This document shows, one piece after another, positions 9,868-18,006 of a stretch of 64,000 nt of DNA; position 1 is the stretch's first letter, and each line of letters begins with the position of its first letter. Origin of the DNA: Deltaproteobacteria bacterium (GTDB taxonomy: Bacteria; Myxococcota_A; Polyangia; Polyangiales; Houyiibacteriaceae); assembly GCA_034670305.1 (NCBI GenBank), contig JAXMNT010000006.1:160001-224000 (forward strand), written 5' to 3'. Made by a program: the position numbers and the translations under genes. The notes beneath the pieces were generated by a model that worked only from the letters and a program-made list of their open reading frames with translations, ran no database searches and was not told where the DNA came from.

Positions 9868-10037
9868 TCAAACACCCCTTGTGGCTGACGCGTTCTGGCG
9901 CGTCTGGATCCATACCCCTTGGTGAAGGCCACACCCCGCGGACTCCACTGCGCTCGTCCCCAAGCGCGGGCGGTGAGGTTCGCCCATGGGCCCGGCCGAG
10001 CGCAACAGAAGTCTGATGGGTCGCTTCGCGGGGCGCG

Positions 10038-10826
10038 CTACACCGCGGGGGCGGCGTCGGGATCGGGAGGTGGGGCGGTGGACTTGCGGCGCCAGGCCCA
10101 GACGAGGAGCACGGCGAGCAGCAGGTTCAGCACGAGGGCACCGGCGAGGATGCCCTTGAGCACGCCAGCGGTTCCGCGGGTGACCGTGACCGGCCCGAGC
10201 GAAACGAGGCGGGCTTCGCGGGGTTCGGCGGCGTGCTGCGTCTGCACGCCGATGACGGCGACGTCTTCGGTCCGCATCTCGTCCACGGCGCCCACGACGA
10301 GCGCGCGCACTGCGTCGGCGTCGTAGGGCGGCTCGGCGCCACGGTATTCGATGAGCACGCTGGCGCGAGGATGGGTGGTCTCGGTCTCGAGCGTCAGCCG
10401 CGAGCGGCCAGGAATTGCCAAGTGGACCCGCGCATCGAGCACACCGTCGATGACTTCGATCGAGCGGGCGAGTTCGCCGCTCAAGCCGGTCAGGAAGCGG
10501 GCACGCTCTTCGGTCGCGGTGGGCACGAGGCCGCCTTCGCCAAAGATCTCCGCGAGCCCTGGATCCGGGGTGCGCGGCAGACCATCGGCGCGCAGCACTT
10601 CGAGCGCGGGCGCCACCTCTTCCGGCGCCACCATGACGGCAAAACGCGCGTCTTCGCCCGACCCGCCGATCTGCTCTTTGGAAGCGCCGATGCCGCGTTC
10701 GTGGAGCGCGACCAAAACCTGGTTCGCTTGTTCTTCGGCGAGGTCCGCTTCGAGGGTCGCTTCGCACGCGCAGAGGAGTGTCAGCAGCGCGAGCCCGACC
10801 AGCACGGTTCGTCTCGGTGGACGCAT
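10038..10826 (-). CDS. SctJ/YscJ/PrgK-like (FliF N-terminal-like) inner-membrane ring lipoprotein, orphan in this window
   Basis: Lipobox LCAC; L-x-EEQANQVLVALHERGI; LVPTATEERARFLTGLSGELARSIEVIDGVLDARVHL; ASVLIEY; ALVVGAV; C-terminal TM. This is the YscJ/FliF pattern. Confidence 0.88.
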   Translation of the reverse strand: MRPPRRTVLVGLALLTLLCACEATLEADLAEEQANQVLVALHERGIGASKEQIGGSGEDARFAVMVAPEEVAPALEVLRADGLPRTPDPGLAEIFGEGGLVPTATEERARFLTGLSGELARSIEVIDGVLDARVHLAIPGRSRLTLETETTHPRASVLIEYRGAEPPYDADAVRALVVGAVDEMRTEDVAVIGVQTQHAAEPREARLVSLGPVTVTRGTAGVLKGILAGALVLNLLLAVLLVWAWRRKSTAPPPDPDAAPAV

Positions 10827-10827
10827 T

Positions 10828-12795
10828 TCAGTTCGCGCTGAAGCCGTACCGCGCACCCATGCGCGCGGATCCGAATGTCGGGAAACGAATGTTGCGCACC
10901 GCGCCGCGGATGCACGACTTGAACTGGCCACTGCCCTGGCGCGCGCTCACGCCCATCACCCGACCGCTGCCCGCGATCGCGATGTCGATCGTCACGTTGC
11001 CGAGGCTGCCGCCGCGGCGCGACTCGGGCACCACGCACGAGTTGAAGATCCGGTTGAGGTTCCGGTTCATCACGCCCTGCACGGACCCTGGATCGAGCCG
11101 GCCCTGTCCACCCATCGAGGTCACGTCGCCGAGTTCGATCGGGACGTTCATCGCGTCTTCGTAGGAACCGACGAACTGTCCGGCCATCACGGCGGCGCGC
11201 ATGCCGCCGCCCATGCCGTGCCGGCGCCCGCTCCGGGGTGGGTCGGGGAGGATGCCCGCGGTGCCAGTCAATTCGATCTCGCCGCGCGCGAAGAGATCCC
11301 CGAGGTTCGCGGCGGCCACGTTCTCGGTCTCGCCACTCTCGCGGGTCACGAGGAAGATGGTCACCCCCGTACCGACCGCGAGCAGCAACGCCGCCGCGAC
11401 CGCGATCTTGAACACACCGCTGCGTTTTTCGCCGGCTTCGGCCGAGGCGATCGCGGCGGCGCGCGCTTTTTCGTCCCGCCCGATCTTGGCCTGGTCGATG
11501 AACTCGCGGAACTCCGGCCACTGACGCAGCAGTTTGCGTTCGCCGGTGTCCATGTTCATCAACGAGTGTTCTTCGAGCACGTCGCTCTTCACGATGAGTT
11601 CGACGAGCTCACGGCCGGAGAAGGGTCCGTGGTCCAGCCCGTCCTTGACCACCATCCAACGGGCGGCGTCGTTCTCGGTGATCTTCGCGAGCAAGCCGCC
11701 CAGGTCCACCTCGGCCGCTGGCGCGGGCGCTTGGGGCGCTGGACCCCCGACCATGCCGGGCGCACCCGGAAGGGAGGGGCGGAACTCTTCGTGAATGCTG
11801 ACCCGGGCGCCAACCTGAGGCGCGCCAGGAGCGGCGGGCGGACGGGGCGGCTTGGGCGGGGCGGGCACCGCGGCTGCGGCAGCGGTTGCGGGCGGACGCT
11901 GGCTCGCCATGTCGATGTCGATGTCGACGTCGAGATCGAAGTCTTCCGCGGCCGTTTCCGGCGCGTCGGCCACGAGCGGCTGAAGCGCGGCGCGCACTTC
12001 GTCGGGGGACTGAAAGCGGCCGCTGGGGTCGGGGGCCAGGCACGTGAGGAGCACCTGATCGAGGGCTGGACTCGCGTCGGGATGGGCCTGCGAAGGCGGC
12101 ACGAAGCCGTCGGCAGGGGACTTGCCGGTGAGCAGTTGATAGAGGATGGCGCCGACGCCGAAGATGTCGCTGGCGGCGGTGGGGGGACCGCCGGCTTTGA
12201 CCTCGGGGGCCAGGCTTGCCTGTTCCGCGACCGGCAGGACGTTCGGACCGCCCGCGAGCAGGAGCGCCTGACCCACCCCGAAGTCCGCCACCTTCACCCG
12301 GCCATTCTTCGTGACCCAGACCACCTCTGGGCGCAGTGCACCGTGGCATCCCGTGGGGTGGACGGCGGAGAGCGCGTTGCAGACGTGTGCGATGACGTTG
12401 TAGGCGCCGCGCAGGCTCATCTGTCCACCTGCGGCGCGGCGTTTGGCGATCAACTCGGCCAGCGGCTGGCCTTCGACCCACTCGCTCGCGACAAAGGGCG
12501 CGCCCTTGGTGCCCACGCCGTAGGTGGCGGCGATGTTTCGGTGGGAAAGCTTTGCGGCGGCGCGACACCCTTCCTTCAGCGTCTTGACGCCGGGTTCGCC
12601 CAGCACGTCGAGACGCAGGACCCGAAGCGAGATCGGCTTTTGGGTCTTCTGGTCTTTGGCGCGGAACACCTTGCCGAGCGAGTCGGCACGGATCTCTACT
12701 TCGATCTCGAACCGGCCACCGACAACCGTGCCCGGCGCGATGAGTCCAGCCGAGGGATCGCGCGCAGTGCTTGCTGCGGGTCGAGCGTCGGTCAC
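10828..12795 (-). CDS. pseudokinase - Pro-rich linker - GYF-like domain - TM - AgmX/PglI/TonB_C-like periplasmic domain
   Basis: Kinase fold with DFG, APE and SDIFGVG kept, but ISLR in place of VAIK and HGALRPEVV in place of HRDLKPEN. RWMVVKDGLDHGPFS is GYF_2-like. C-terminal VTIDIAIAGSGRV...CIRGAVRNIRFP. Confidence 0.85.
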   Translation of the reverse strand: MTDARPAASTARDPSAGLIAPGTVVGGRFEIEVEIRADSLGKVFRAKDQKTQKPISLRVLRLDVLGEPGVKTLKEGCRAAAKLSHRNIAATYGVGTKGAPFVASEWVEGQPLAELIAKRRAAGGQMSLRGAYNVIAHVCNALSAVHPTGCHGALRPEVVWVTKNGRVKVADFGVGQALLLAGGPNVLPVAEQASLAPEVKAGGPPTAASDIFGVGAILYQLLTGKSPADGFVPPSQAHPDASPALDQVLLTCLAPDPSGRFQSPDEVRAALQPLVADAPETAAEDFDLDVDIDIDMASQRPPATAAAAAVPAPPKPPRPPAAPGAPQVGARVSIHEEFRPSLPGAPGMVGGPAPQAPAPAAEVDLGGLLAKITENDAARWMVVKDGLDHGPFSGRELVELIVKSDVLEEHSLMNMDTGERKLLRQWPEFREFIDQAKIGRDEKARAAAIASAEAGEKRSGVFKIAVAAALLLAVGTGVTIFLVTRESGETENVAAANLGDLFARGEIELTGTAGILPDPPRSGRRHGMGGGMRAAVMAGQFVGSYEDAMNVPIELGDVTSMGGQGRLDPGSVQGVMNRNLNRIFNSCVVPESRRGGSLGNVTIDIAIAGSGRVMGVSARQGSGQFKSCIRGAVRNIRFPTFGSARMGARYGFSAN

Positions 12796-12863
12796 CGGCG
12801 GAGACTATGCGGCGACGGGGCGTGGATCAACGGGTACCGGTGCGGATCCGCTCGAAAGAACGC

Positions 12864-13058
12864 CTAGAAGCGGATGCCGTTCTTGGCGCGATGTTTCCAC
12901 CAGCGGTAGGCCAAAAACCCCGTCGCGCCGATTCCCGCGATCGTCAACGGGACCACCCCAACCGTGGCGACACCGACGCCCGTCAGCACCGCCGCGCCCC
13001 CGGCGACGGTCCCCTTCTTGCGGGATTCTTTCTGTACGTCCGAACGTGCCTTGGCCAC
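12864..13058 (-). CDS. small (64 aa) membrane protein, hypothetical
   Basis: GTG start with AAAGGT upstream; Gly-rich hydrophobic hairpin flanked by basic residues, ending RWWKHRAKNGIRF. Confidence 0.7.
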   Translation of the reverse strand: MAKARSDVQKESRKKGTVAGGAAVLTGVGVATVGVVPLTIAGIGATGFLAYRWWKHRAKNGIRF

Positions 13059-13170
13059 GACGACCTTTCTAGCATGGAGGAACGACCGATACGAACGTGT
13101 GCCGGCGCGGTTCCCCCGACAAAGAGAGAACGGACAGCCACCGTCCCGTATTTCGCCCACGCGTGATGGG

Positions 13171-13364
13171 CGGCTTCGGCGTCGGCTTCGGCTTCGGCGT
13201 CGGCTTCGGCTTCGGCGTCGGCGTCGGCGTCGGCTTCGGCTTCGGCGTCGGCTTCGGCTTCGGCGTCGGCTTCGGCGTCGGCTTCGGCTTCGGCGTCGGC
13301 GTCGGCTTCGGCTTCGGCGTCGGCTTCGGCTTCGGCTTCGGCCTCGGCGTCGGCTTCAGCTTCG
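13171..13364 (-). repeat. intergenic (GCCGAA/GCCGAC)n hexamer tract T2
   Basis: About 32 units, read as TTCGGC/GTCGGC on +, just downstream of the helicase stop. Confidence 0.95.
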
Positions 13365-13380
13365 CGCCAGCCTCCTCAGC

Positions 13381-15264
13381 TCAGGCCTTGGCGCGTTCCA
13401 CGGTCAACGACTCGCCATTGAACTCATGGCCGTTCAGGGCTTCGATGACCGCGTCGACCTTCTCGGCCGGCACGAAGACGAAGCTGTGTTTGTCGCGAAG
13501 CCGGATGCGGCCCACGTCCTTGCGCTCGAGCCCGCCGATCTCCTGGAAGAGTTCGTTCAGGTCGCGCACCCGGGTGCCCGCCTGCCGGCCGGTGCCCACG
13601 TAGAGGCGCACGTGGTCTTCGTCGTCCCGCTCCGCGCGCTCTTCGTCGCGTTCCTTCGAATCGCTCGACGCGCCGTTGTCGTCGGTGCGGCCTTCGCCGC
13701 GTCGGCGCCGACTGCGCCGACGGGGCCGCTCCTGGCGATCCGGATCGCCATCGTCGGAGGGGCGTTCGTCTCGCGCTGCGGCCGGTTTTGCTTCGAGCTC
13801 GTCTTCGGCTTTCGGCTTCGCAGCCGCCTTCACAGGCGCCTTCTTGGCCGGCTTCTTCGGCTCGGCCTTGGGCGCGGCCTTCGCGCGTTTCGGCGCGGGG
13901 CGGGGTGCTTTCTCGCGGCGGGTGGCGGCCGCGACTTCGTCGACATCCGGGGTCGTGCCGAAGAACGCGCCGAGCAGACCGGCGATCAGACGCTCTGCCT
14001 TGGGGTGCGTGAGCAACCGGGCGGCGACGGCGCGATCGATCTCGGCGGTGCCGGTGATGGCGGCGTCCAGCATGCCGAGACGATCCATCTCGCGCCGGGT
14101 GCGCTCTTCGCCAGCGCTCGGGAGCGTGCGTTCCTTCGGGAAGATCTTGTACTGCAAACGCAGGTAGTAGAGCGTCCCGAGCTCTTTCGGACTCACGAGC
14201 GCGATCGCGGTGCCGGTGCGCCCCGCCCGTCCGGTGCGGCCGGTGCGGTGGATGTACTGCTCGATGTGCTCGGGCAGGGAGAAGTTGATCACGTGCGTGA
14301 GGTGCGAGACGTCGATGCCGCGCGCCGCCACGTCGGTCGCGACCAGGAAGCGCAGTTCTTCGGCACGGGTGCGCGCCATGATCTTCTCGCGGTCGCGTTG
14401 CGCGAGGTCGCCGTTGAGCCAGTCGGCGTTGTAGCCGGCCGCCTGCAACGACGCCGCGACCTGTTCGGTCTCGGCTTTGGTGTTGCAGAAGATGATCGCG
14501 CTCTCGGGATCTTCGACCTCGAGGATCTTCACCAGGTCGCCAGCGCGGTTCTGACCGGTCACCGTGTAGATGAAGTGGTCGATGCCGAGCGCGCCCACCG
14601 CGTCGCCGCTCAGCTCGAGGAACTGGGGCTCGACCATGTGGCGTTTGCTCATGCGCTGCACCGGGGAGTCCACGGTGGCGCTGAAGAGCAGGGTCTGCCG
14701 CTTCTTCGGCAGCAGCTCCATGATCGCGTTGAGTTCTTTCGCGAACCCCATCGACAGCATCTCGTCCGCTTCGTCGAGGACGAGCACCTTCAGGCCCGAG
14801 GGATCGAGCGTGCGCCGGCGCAGGTGGTCGAGCACCCGGCCTGGGGTGCCAGAGACGATCTGTGCTCCGTCGGCCAGCTCGCGGGTCTGCTTCTCGATCG
14901 GCGCGCCACCGTAGACGGCGGTGGTGCGGATGCCCTTGTGGGCGGCCAACTTGCCGATCTCGCGCGCGCTTTGAAGCGCCAGCTCCCGGGTCGGTGCGAG
15001 GACGAGCGCTTGAACGCCCGGCGTGTCGTCGACGATGCGGTCGACGATCGGGATCCCGAACGCGCCGGTCTTGCCGGTGCCCGTTCGAGCCTGGACGATG
15101 AGATCGCTGCCGTCGCTGGCGAGGGCGTAGCTCTCGGCCTGCACGAGGGTCGGCGTGGACCAGCCCATCGAGTCGAGGGCTTCGAGGACGTCCTTGCCGA
15201 TGCCGAGCTCGGCGAAGGTTTCGGGGCCCGCAGGGGCTTCCGGGGTTTCTACGGTTTCAGTCAT
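13381..15264 (-). CDS. DEAD-box RNA helicase (DeaD/CsdA-like) with C-terminal DbpA-type RNA-binding domain
   Basis: Motifs ARTGTGKT, PTRELA, TPGR, DEAD, SAT, ARGID, HRTGRTGRAG; C-terminal RRM-like region. Confidence 0.95.
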   Translation of the reverse strand: MTETVETPEAPAGPETFAELGIGKDVLEALDSMGWSTPTLVQAESYALASDGSDLIVQARTGTGKTGAFGIPIVDRIVDDTPGVQALVLAPTRELALQSAREIGKLAAHKGIRTTAVYGGAPIEKQTRELADGAQIVSGTPGRVLDHLRRRTLDPSGLKVLVLDEADEMLSMGFAKELNAIMELLPKKRQTLLFSATVDSPVQRMSKRHMVEPQFLELSGDAVGALGIDHFIYTVTGQNRAGDLVKILEVEDPESAIIFCNTKAETEQVAASLQAAGYNADWLNGDLAQRDREKIMARTRAEELRFLVATDVAARGIDVSHLTHVINFSLPEHIEQYIHRTGRTGRAGRTGTAIALVSPKELGTLYYLRLQYKIFPKERTLPSAGEERTRREMDRLGMLDAAITGTAEIDRAVAARLLTHPKAERLIAGLLGAFFGTTPDVDEVAAATRREKAPRPAPKRAKAAPKAEPKKPAKKAPVKAAAKPKAEDELEAKPAAARDERPSDDGDPDRQERPRRRSRRRRGEGRTDDNGASSDSKERDEERAERDDEDHVRLYVGTGRQAGTRVRDLNELFQEIGGLERKDVGRIRLRDKHSFVFVPAEKVDAVIEALNGHEFNGESLTVERAKA

Positions 15265-15943
15265 GTTCTTCTCTTCTTGGGACGTCGTCGTCGTGGAAGG
15301 ACCGCTCGAGCTGCGCGAGCGCGCGGCCCTCTTCGCGGTTCACCCTCCGCAACGTGTCCTGCAGCCGAAAGCGAATGCTTGCGGCGCGTTGGTGGCGGGG
15401 ATCGTCCGCGCATGCAGGTTGCAATGCGAGGTGCCGATCGTCCCAACCACGCAGGAAAACGTCGAGGTCGGTGGGGTCGCCGTCCAACTGTTGGGCGGCG
15501 TGGGTCCGGAGCTCGACGACTTGGGCCCGAAGACCCTCCTCGCACTGCTCAGGGACATCTTGGGGGGTGCTGGGCTCGGGCCAGAACACGGCGGGGATCA
15601 CGGAGCTGAAGCCGACCGTCATCACGTAGAGCATGAAAACCCAGTAGATTCCGAGCGCGACGCGTCGTCCACGCCGCCCAGCCCGCGCGACGGCTGCCGC
15701 GTGTGGGGTCGCCGGACTCGGCTCGGAGCCCGCCTCGGGCTCCTCTTGCTGCGCGTCGGCCAATCGTGCCTCGGGGGTTTTGCCCCGTGTTTCGGAGCTT
15801 TCGGAGCACCTCTCGAAGAGAGTCAGTACCCCGGAATTCCGAGCCTTTCTAGCCTTCGCGCCCCCGACGGTCAAGCCGGGCGTGGCCGGCCCCAAGCGAA
15901 TCGCACCGGGCCTGTGGGAGTCGGTGCGGCCCGACGGCGGCAT
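15257..15943 (-). CDS. hypothetical single-TM membrane protein (true start probably downstream of 15943)
   Basis: TM ALGIYWVFMLYVMTVGFSSVIPAVFWP followed by a helical domain with a Cys pair. Stop overlaps the helicase ATG. Confidence 0.65.
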   Translation of the reverse strand: MPPSGRTDSHRPGAIRLGPATPGLTVGGAKARKARNSGVLTLFERCSESSETRGKTPEARLADAQQEEPEAGSEPSPATPHAAAVARAGRRGRRVALGIYWVFMLYVMTVGFSSVIPAVFWPEPSTPQDVPEQCEEGLRAQVVELRTHAAQQLDGDPTDLDVFLRGWDDRHLALQPACADDPRHQRAASIRFRLQDTLRRVNREEGRALAQLERSFHDDDVPRREEHD

Positions 15944-15957
15944 GCTATGGCCGGGTC

Positions 15958-16131
15958 GTGGGATCCGGAAGCACAGGGCTGTTGTGGTACGTGCTCTGCT
16001 GCGGCTTCATCGGCTTCACGGTCAGCCTGGGCCTGGTGCTGATGTGGTGGGGAGAGCGTCGAAAGCGGCTTCGACGCGAGGCCCGGCGAGAGGGCCGGCT
16101 GCCCCCCACGCGCACCGACGATCTGCCGTAG
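15958..16131 (+). CDS. 57-aa small membrane protein not in the ORF track
   Basis: Manual translation: MGSGSTGLLWYVLCCGFIGFTVSLGLVLMWWGERRKRLRREARREGRLPPTRTDDLP. One TM plus a basic tail. Confidence 0.65.
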   Translation: MGSGSTGLLWYVLCCGFIGFTVSLGLVLMWWGERRKRLRREARREGRLPPTRTDDLP

Positions 16132-16151
16132 CCGCCACGGCGCCTCCCCGG

Positions 16152-16281
16152 GCCCGTGCCCTTGCCCGGCATCGGCTTCGGCTCCGGCATCGGCATCCAC
16201 ATCGGCATCCTTGTTGTCGTGCCCTCGCAGCCCACGACGATCATCAAGGGCACGGGCAAGGGTACGCGCAAGGGTACGCGC
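16152..16281. repeat. structured intergenic element: 13-bp inverted repeat enclosing a short CGGCAT/CGGCTT hexamer tract (T3), followed by CAAGGGTACGCG x2
   Basis: GCCCGTGCCCTTG at 16152-16164 and CAAGGGCACGGGC at 16245-16257; inner GTCGTG/CACGAC hairpin. Confidence 0.75.
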
Positions 16282-16329
16282 ACCGATCGGAGCGGGTGGA
16301 GTCCGCCCGACTTCTGGTAGTCTGCGCGC

Positions 16330-17913
16330 ATGCTCAGGCGCCTCGTCGAATCATCGGGCCATGCCCCTGTCTGGACCCTGGGAGTCGCGTGTCTGCTCGG
16401 CTGCGTGGGCGGCGACGCCTCGCCCCCCCAGGTGAACATTCACGATCCGCTCGGCCTCATGGACGTGGTCGGCGACCTCCGCCTGCTCGTCTTCCCCGCC
16501 GCCGCCCGCACCTGTGACGTGGCGCTTGGAGAACTGTCGCCCGCGCTCAGCGATGCGTCCGGCGCGACCTTCGACGACGCGGTGGTCGACATCCGCTTCG
16601 GCACCGACGAGGCCGCCATGGTCACGCTCGACGAGGGCCTCTACACCGTGCTCGTCCGAGGGCGCGGCATCGACCCCGTGTCGATGCGCCCCGACCAGAT
16701 CGTCGCGACCGGCTGCGCGGGCGACGTGCAGATCGATTCTGGCGGGACCCGCGACATCACCCTCGAGCTCAAGGATGTGGTCGGCATGGGGGTGTGCGAC
16801 GACGGAGTGCTCAGCCCCGACGAGCAGTGCGAAGCGGTCACCGGCCCCTCGCCCTGCGTCGCGTGTGTGACCCAGAGTTTCGTGTTTCACACCGCGACCG
16901 AAGCGACCCAGGAGCGGGCCTCCGTGGCCTGGGGCGTGGGACAACGCATCCTCGTGTCGTTCGAGAGCAACGCCAGTTCCCGGGAGGTCCGCACGATGGT
17001 GCGCGACGGACGGGGCGACATCATCATGTCGCCGAGCGCGCTCGCCATCGACCAGCCCGTCGACTTCGACGCACCGGTGGCCGGCGTCCAGAGCACGAGC
17101 GCGGCGGCGATCAGCGCGGCCCGCCTGGGTGTCGCGTTCACCGACTTCCCCGGTGGCATGGGCGAGATCCTCGTCCGCTTCTTCGACCAGACCCGGTCTC
17201 CGATGGGACCGCCCACCGCGGCCCATCCCATGACGGGCGGCCAGACCTTGCCGGACATCGCGATGACCGCGGACGGAACCGCGTTGGTGGTCTTCGCCGA
17301 CACGACGTCCGCGAGTGGCGCGTCGGCTTCCCTCTTCGCGGCGGGTTCGACCACGCCGGGCACCCCGGCTGCGATCGGCACTGCGAGCGTGCAGACGCCT
17401 GCCGTGGCTGCGGCGGGGACCGGGTTCTTGGTCGCGTTCGTCTCGGCCGGCGACATCTTCGTCCAGCGGTTCGACGCGGCGGGTGTCGCGTCCGCTGCGC
17501 TGCCAGTCGCGATGGACGCGGGCGAGCAGAGCGACCCCGCCGTCGCGGCACTCGATGCCGATCGGTTCCTGGTCACGTGGACCGATCCAGGAGGCATCCG
17601 AGCGAAGGTCTTCACTGGAGACACCGGAGGCACCACGCTCGTGGTCGGCGCGGGCGTCGCTCCGGCGGTCGGGGCGGGGGGCGAACGTTTCCTGCTCGCG
17701 TGGGAAGATGCCGGGACGATTCGGGCGCGCCTCTACGATGGCAGCGGCCAACCGGCCCGCAACCGTGAGTCGCCGCCCACGCCCGACGCGTTCGTCGTCG
17801 CGATGGGGGCCAAACCCGACGTCGCCGCGGGTGGCGACGCCAGTCAGGCCGCGGGCATCGTGGTGTTCGAAGCCGCGACCGACATTCAGAGCCGGATCTT
17901 CCCGCTACCGTAG
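16330..17913 (+). CDS. secreted lipoprotein, beta-rich repeat (propeller-like) C-terminal region
   Basis: Lipobox-like LLGC; short Cys motif CDDGVLSPDEQC; repeated P-x-VA...FLV-x-W/F...I-x-x-R-x-FD blades. Confidence 0.8.
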   Translation: MLRRLVESSGHAPVWTLGVACLLGCVGGDASPPQVNIHDPLGLMDVVGDLRLLVFPAAARTCDVALGELSPALSDASGATFDDAVVDIRFGTDEAAMVTLDEGLYTVLVRGRGIDPVSMRPDQIVATGCAGDVQIDSGGTRDITLELKDVVGMGVCDDGVLSPDEQCEAVTGPSPCVACVTQSFVFHTATEATQERASVAWGVGQRILVSFESNASSREVRTMVRDGRGDIIMSPSALAIDQPVDFDAPVAGVQSTSAAAISAARLGVAFTDFPGGMGEILVRFFDQTRSPMGPPTAAHPMTGGQTLPDIAMTADGTALVVFADTTSASGASASLFAAGSTTPGTPAAIGTASVQTPAVAAAGTGFLVAFVSAGDIFVQRFDAAGVASAALPVAMDAGEQSDPAVAALDADRFLVTWTDPGGIRAKVFTGDTGGTTLVVGAGVAPAVGAGGERFLLAWEDAGTIRARLYDGSGQPARNRESPPTPDAFVVAMGAKPDVAAGGDASQAAGIVVFEAATDIQSRIFPLP

Positions 17914-18006
17914 CGCTTCTTCCGGACGCTCAAGCGGTCGCGTGACGCCGGGCCGACGGCACCTGCGGGTGTCGCTTGGTGGCCGACGTGGCATGATCGG
18001 CGGCGT

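Noticed and set aside
13097-13603. ORFs reading GFGVGF, RLRLRR, PKPKPM or ASASAS across the hexamer tracts (also near 27623-28508, 35433, 43544, 62880)
   Set aside because: Hexamer repeats lacking stop codons are open in all frames. There is no RBS or domain support, so they were treated as non-coding except T5 and possibly T7.
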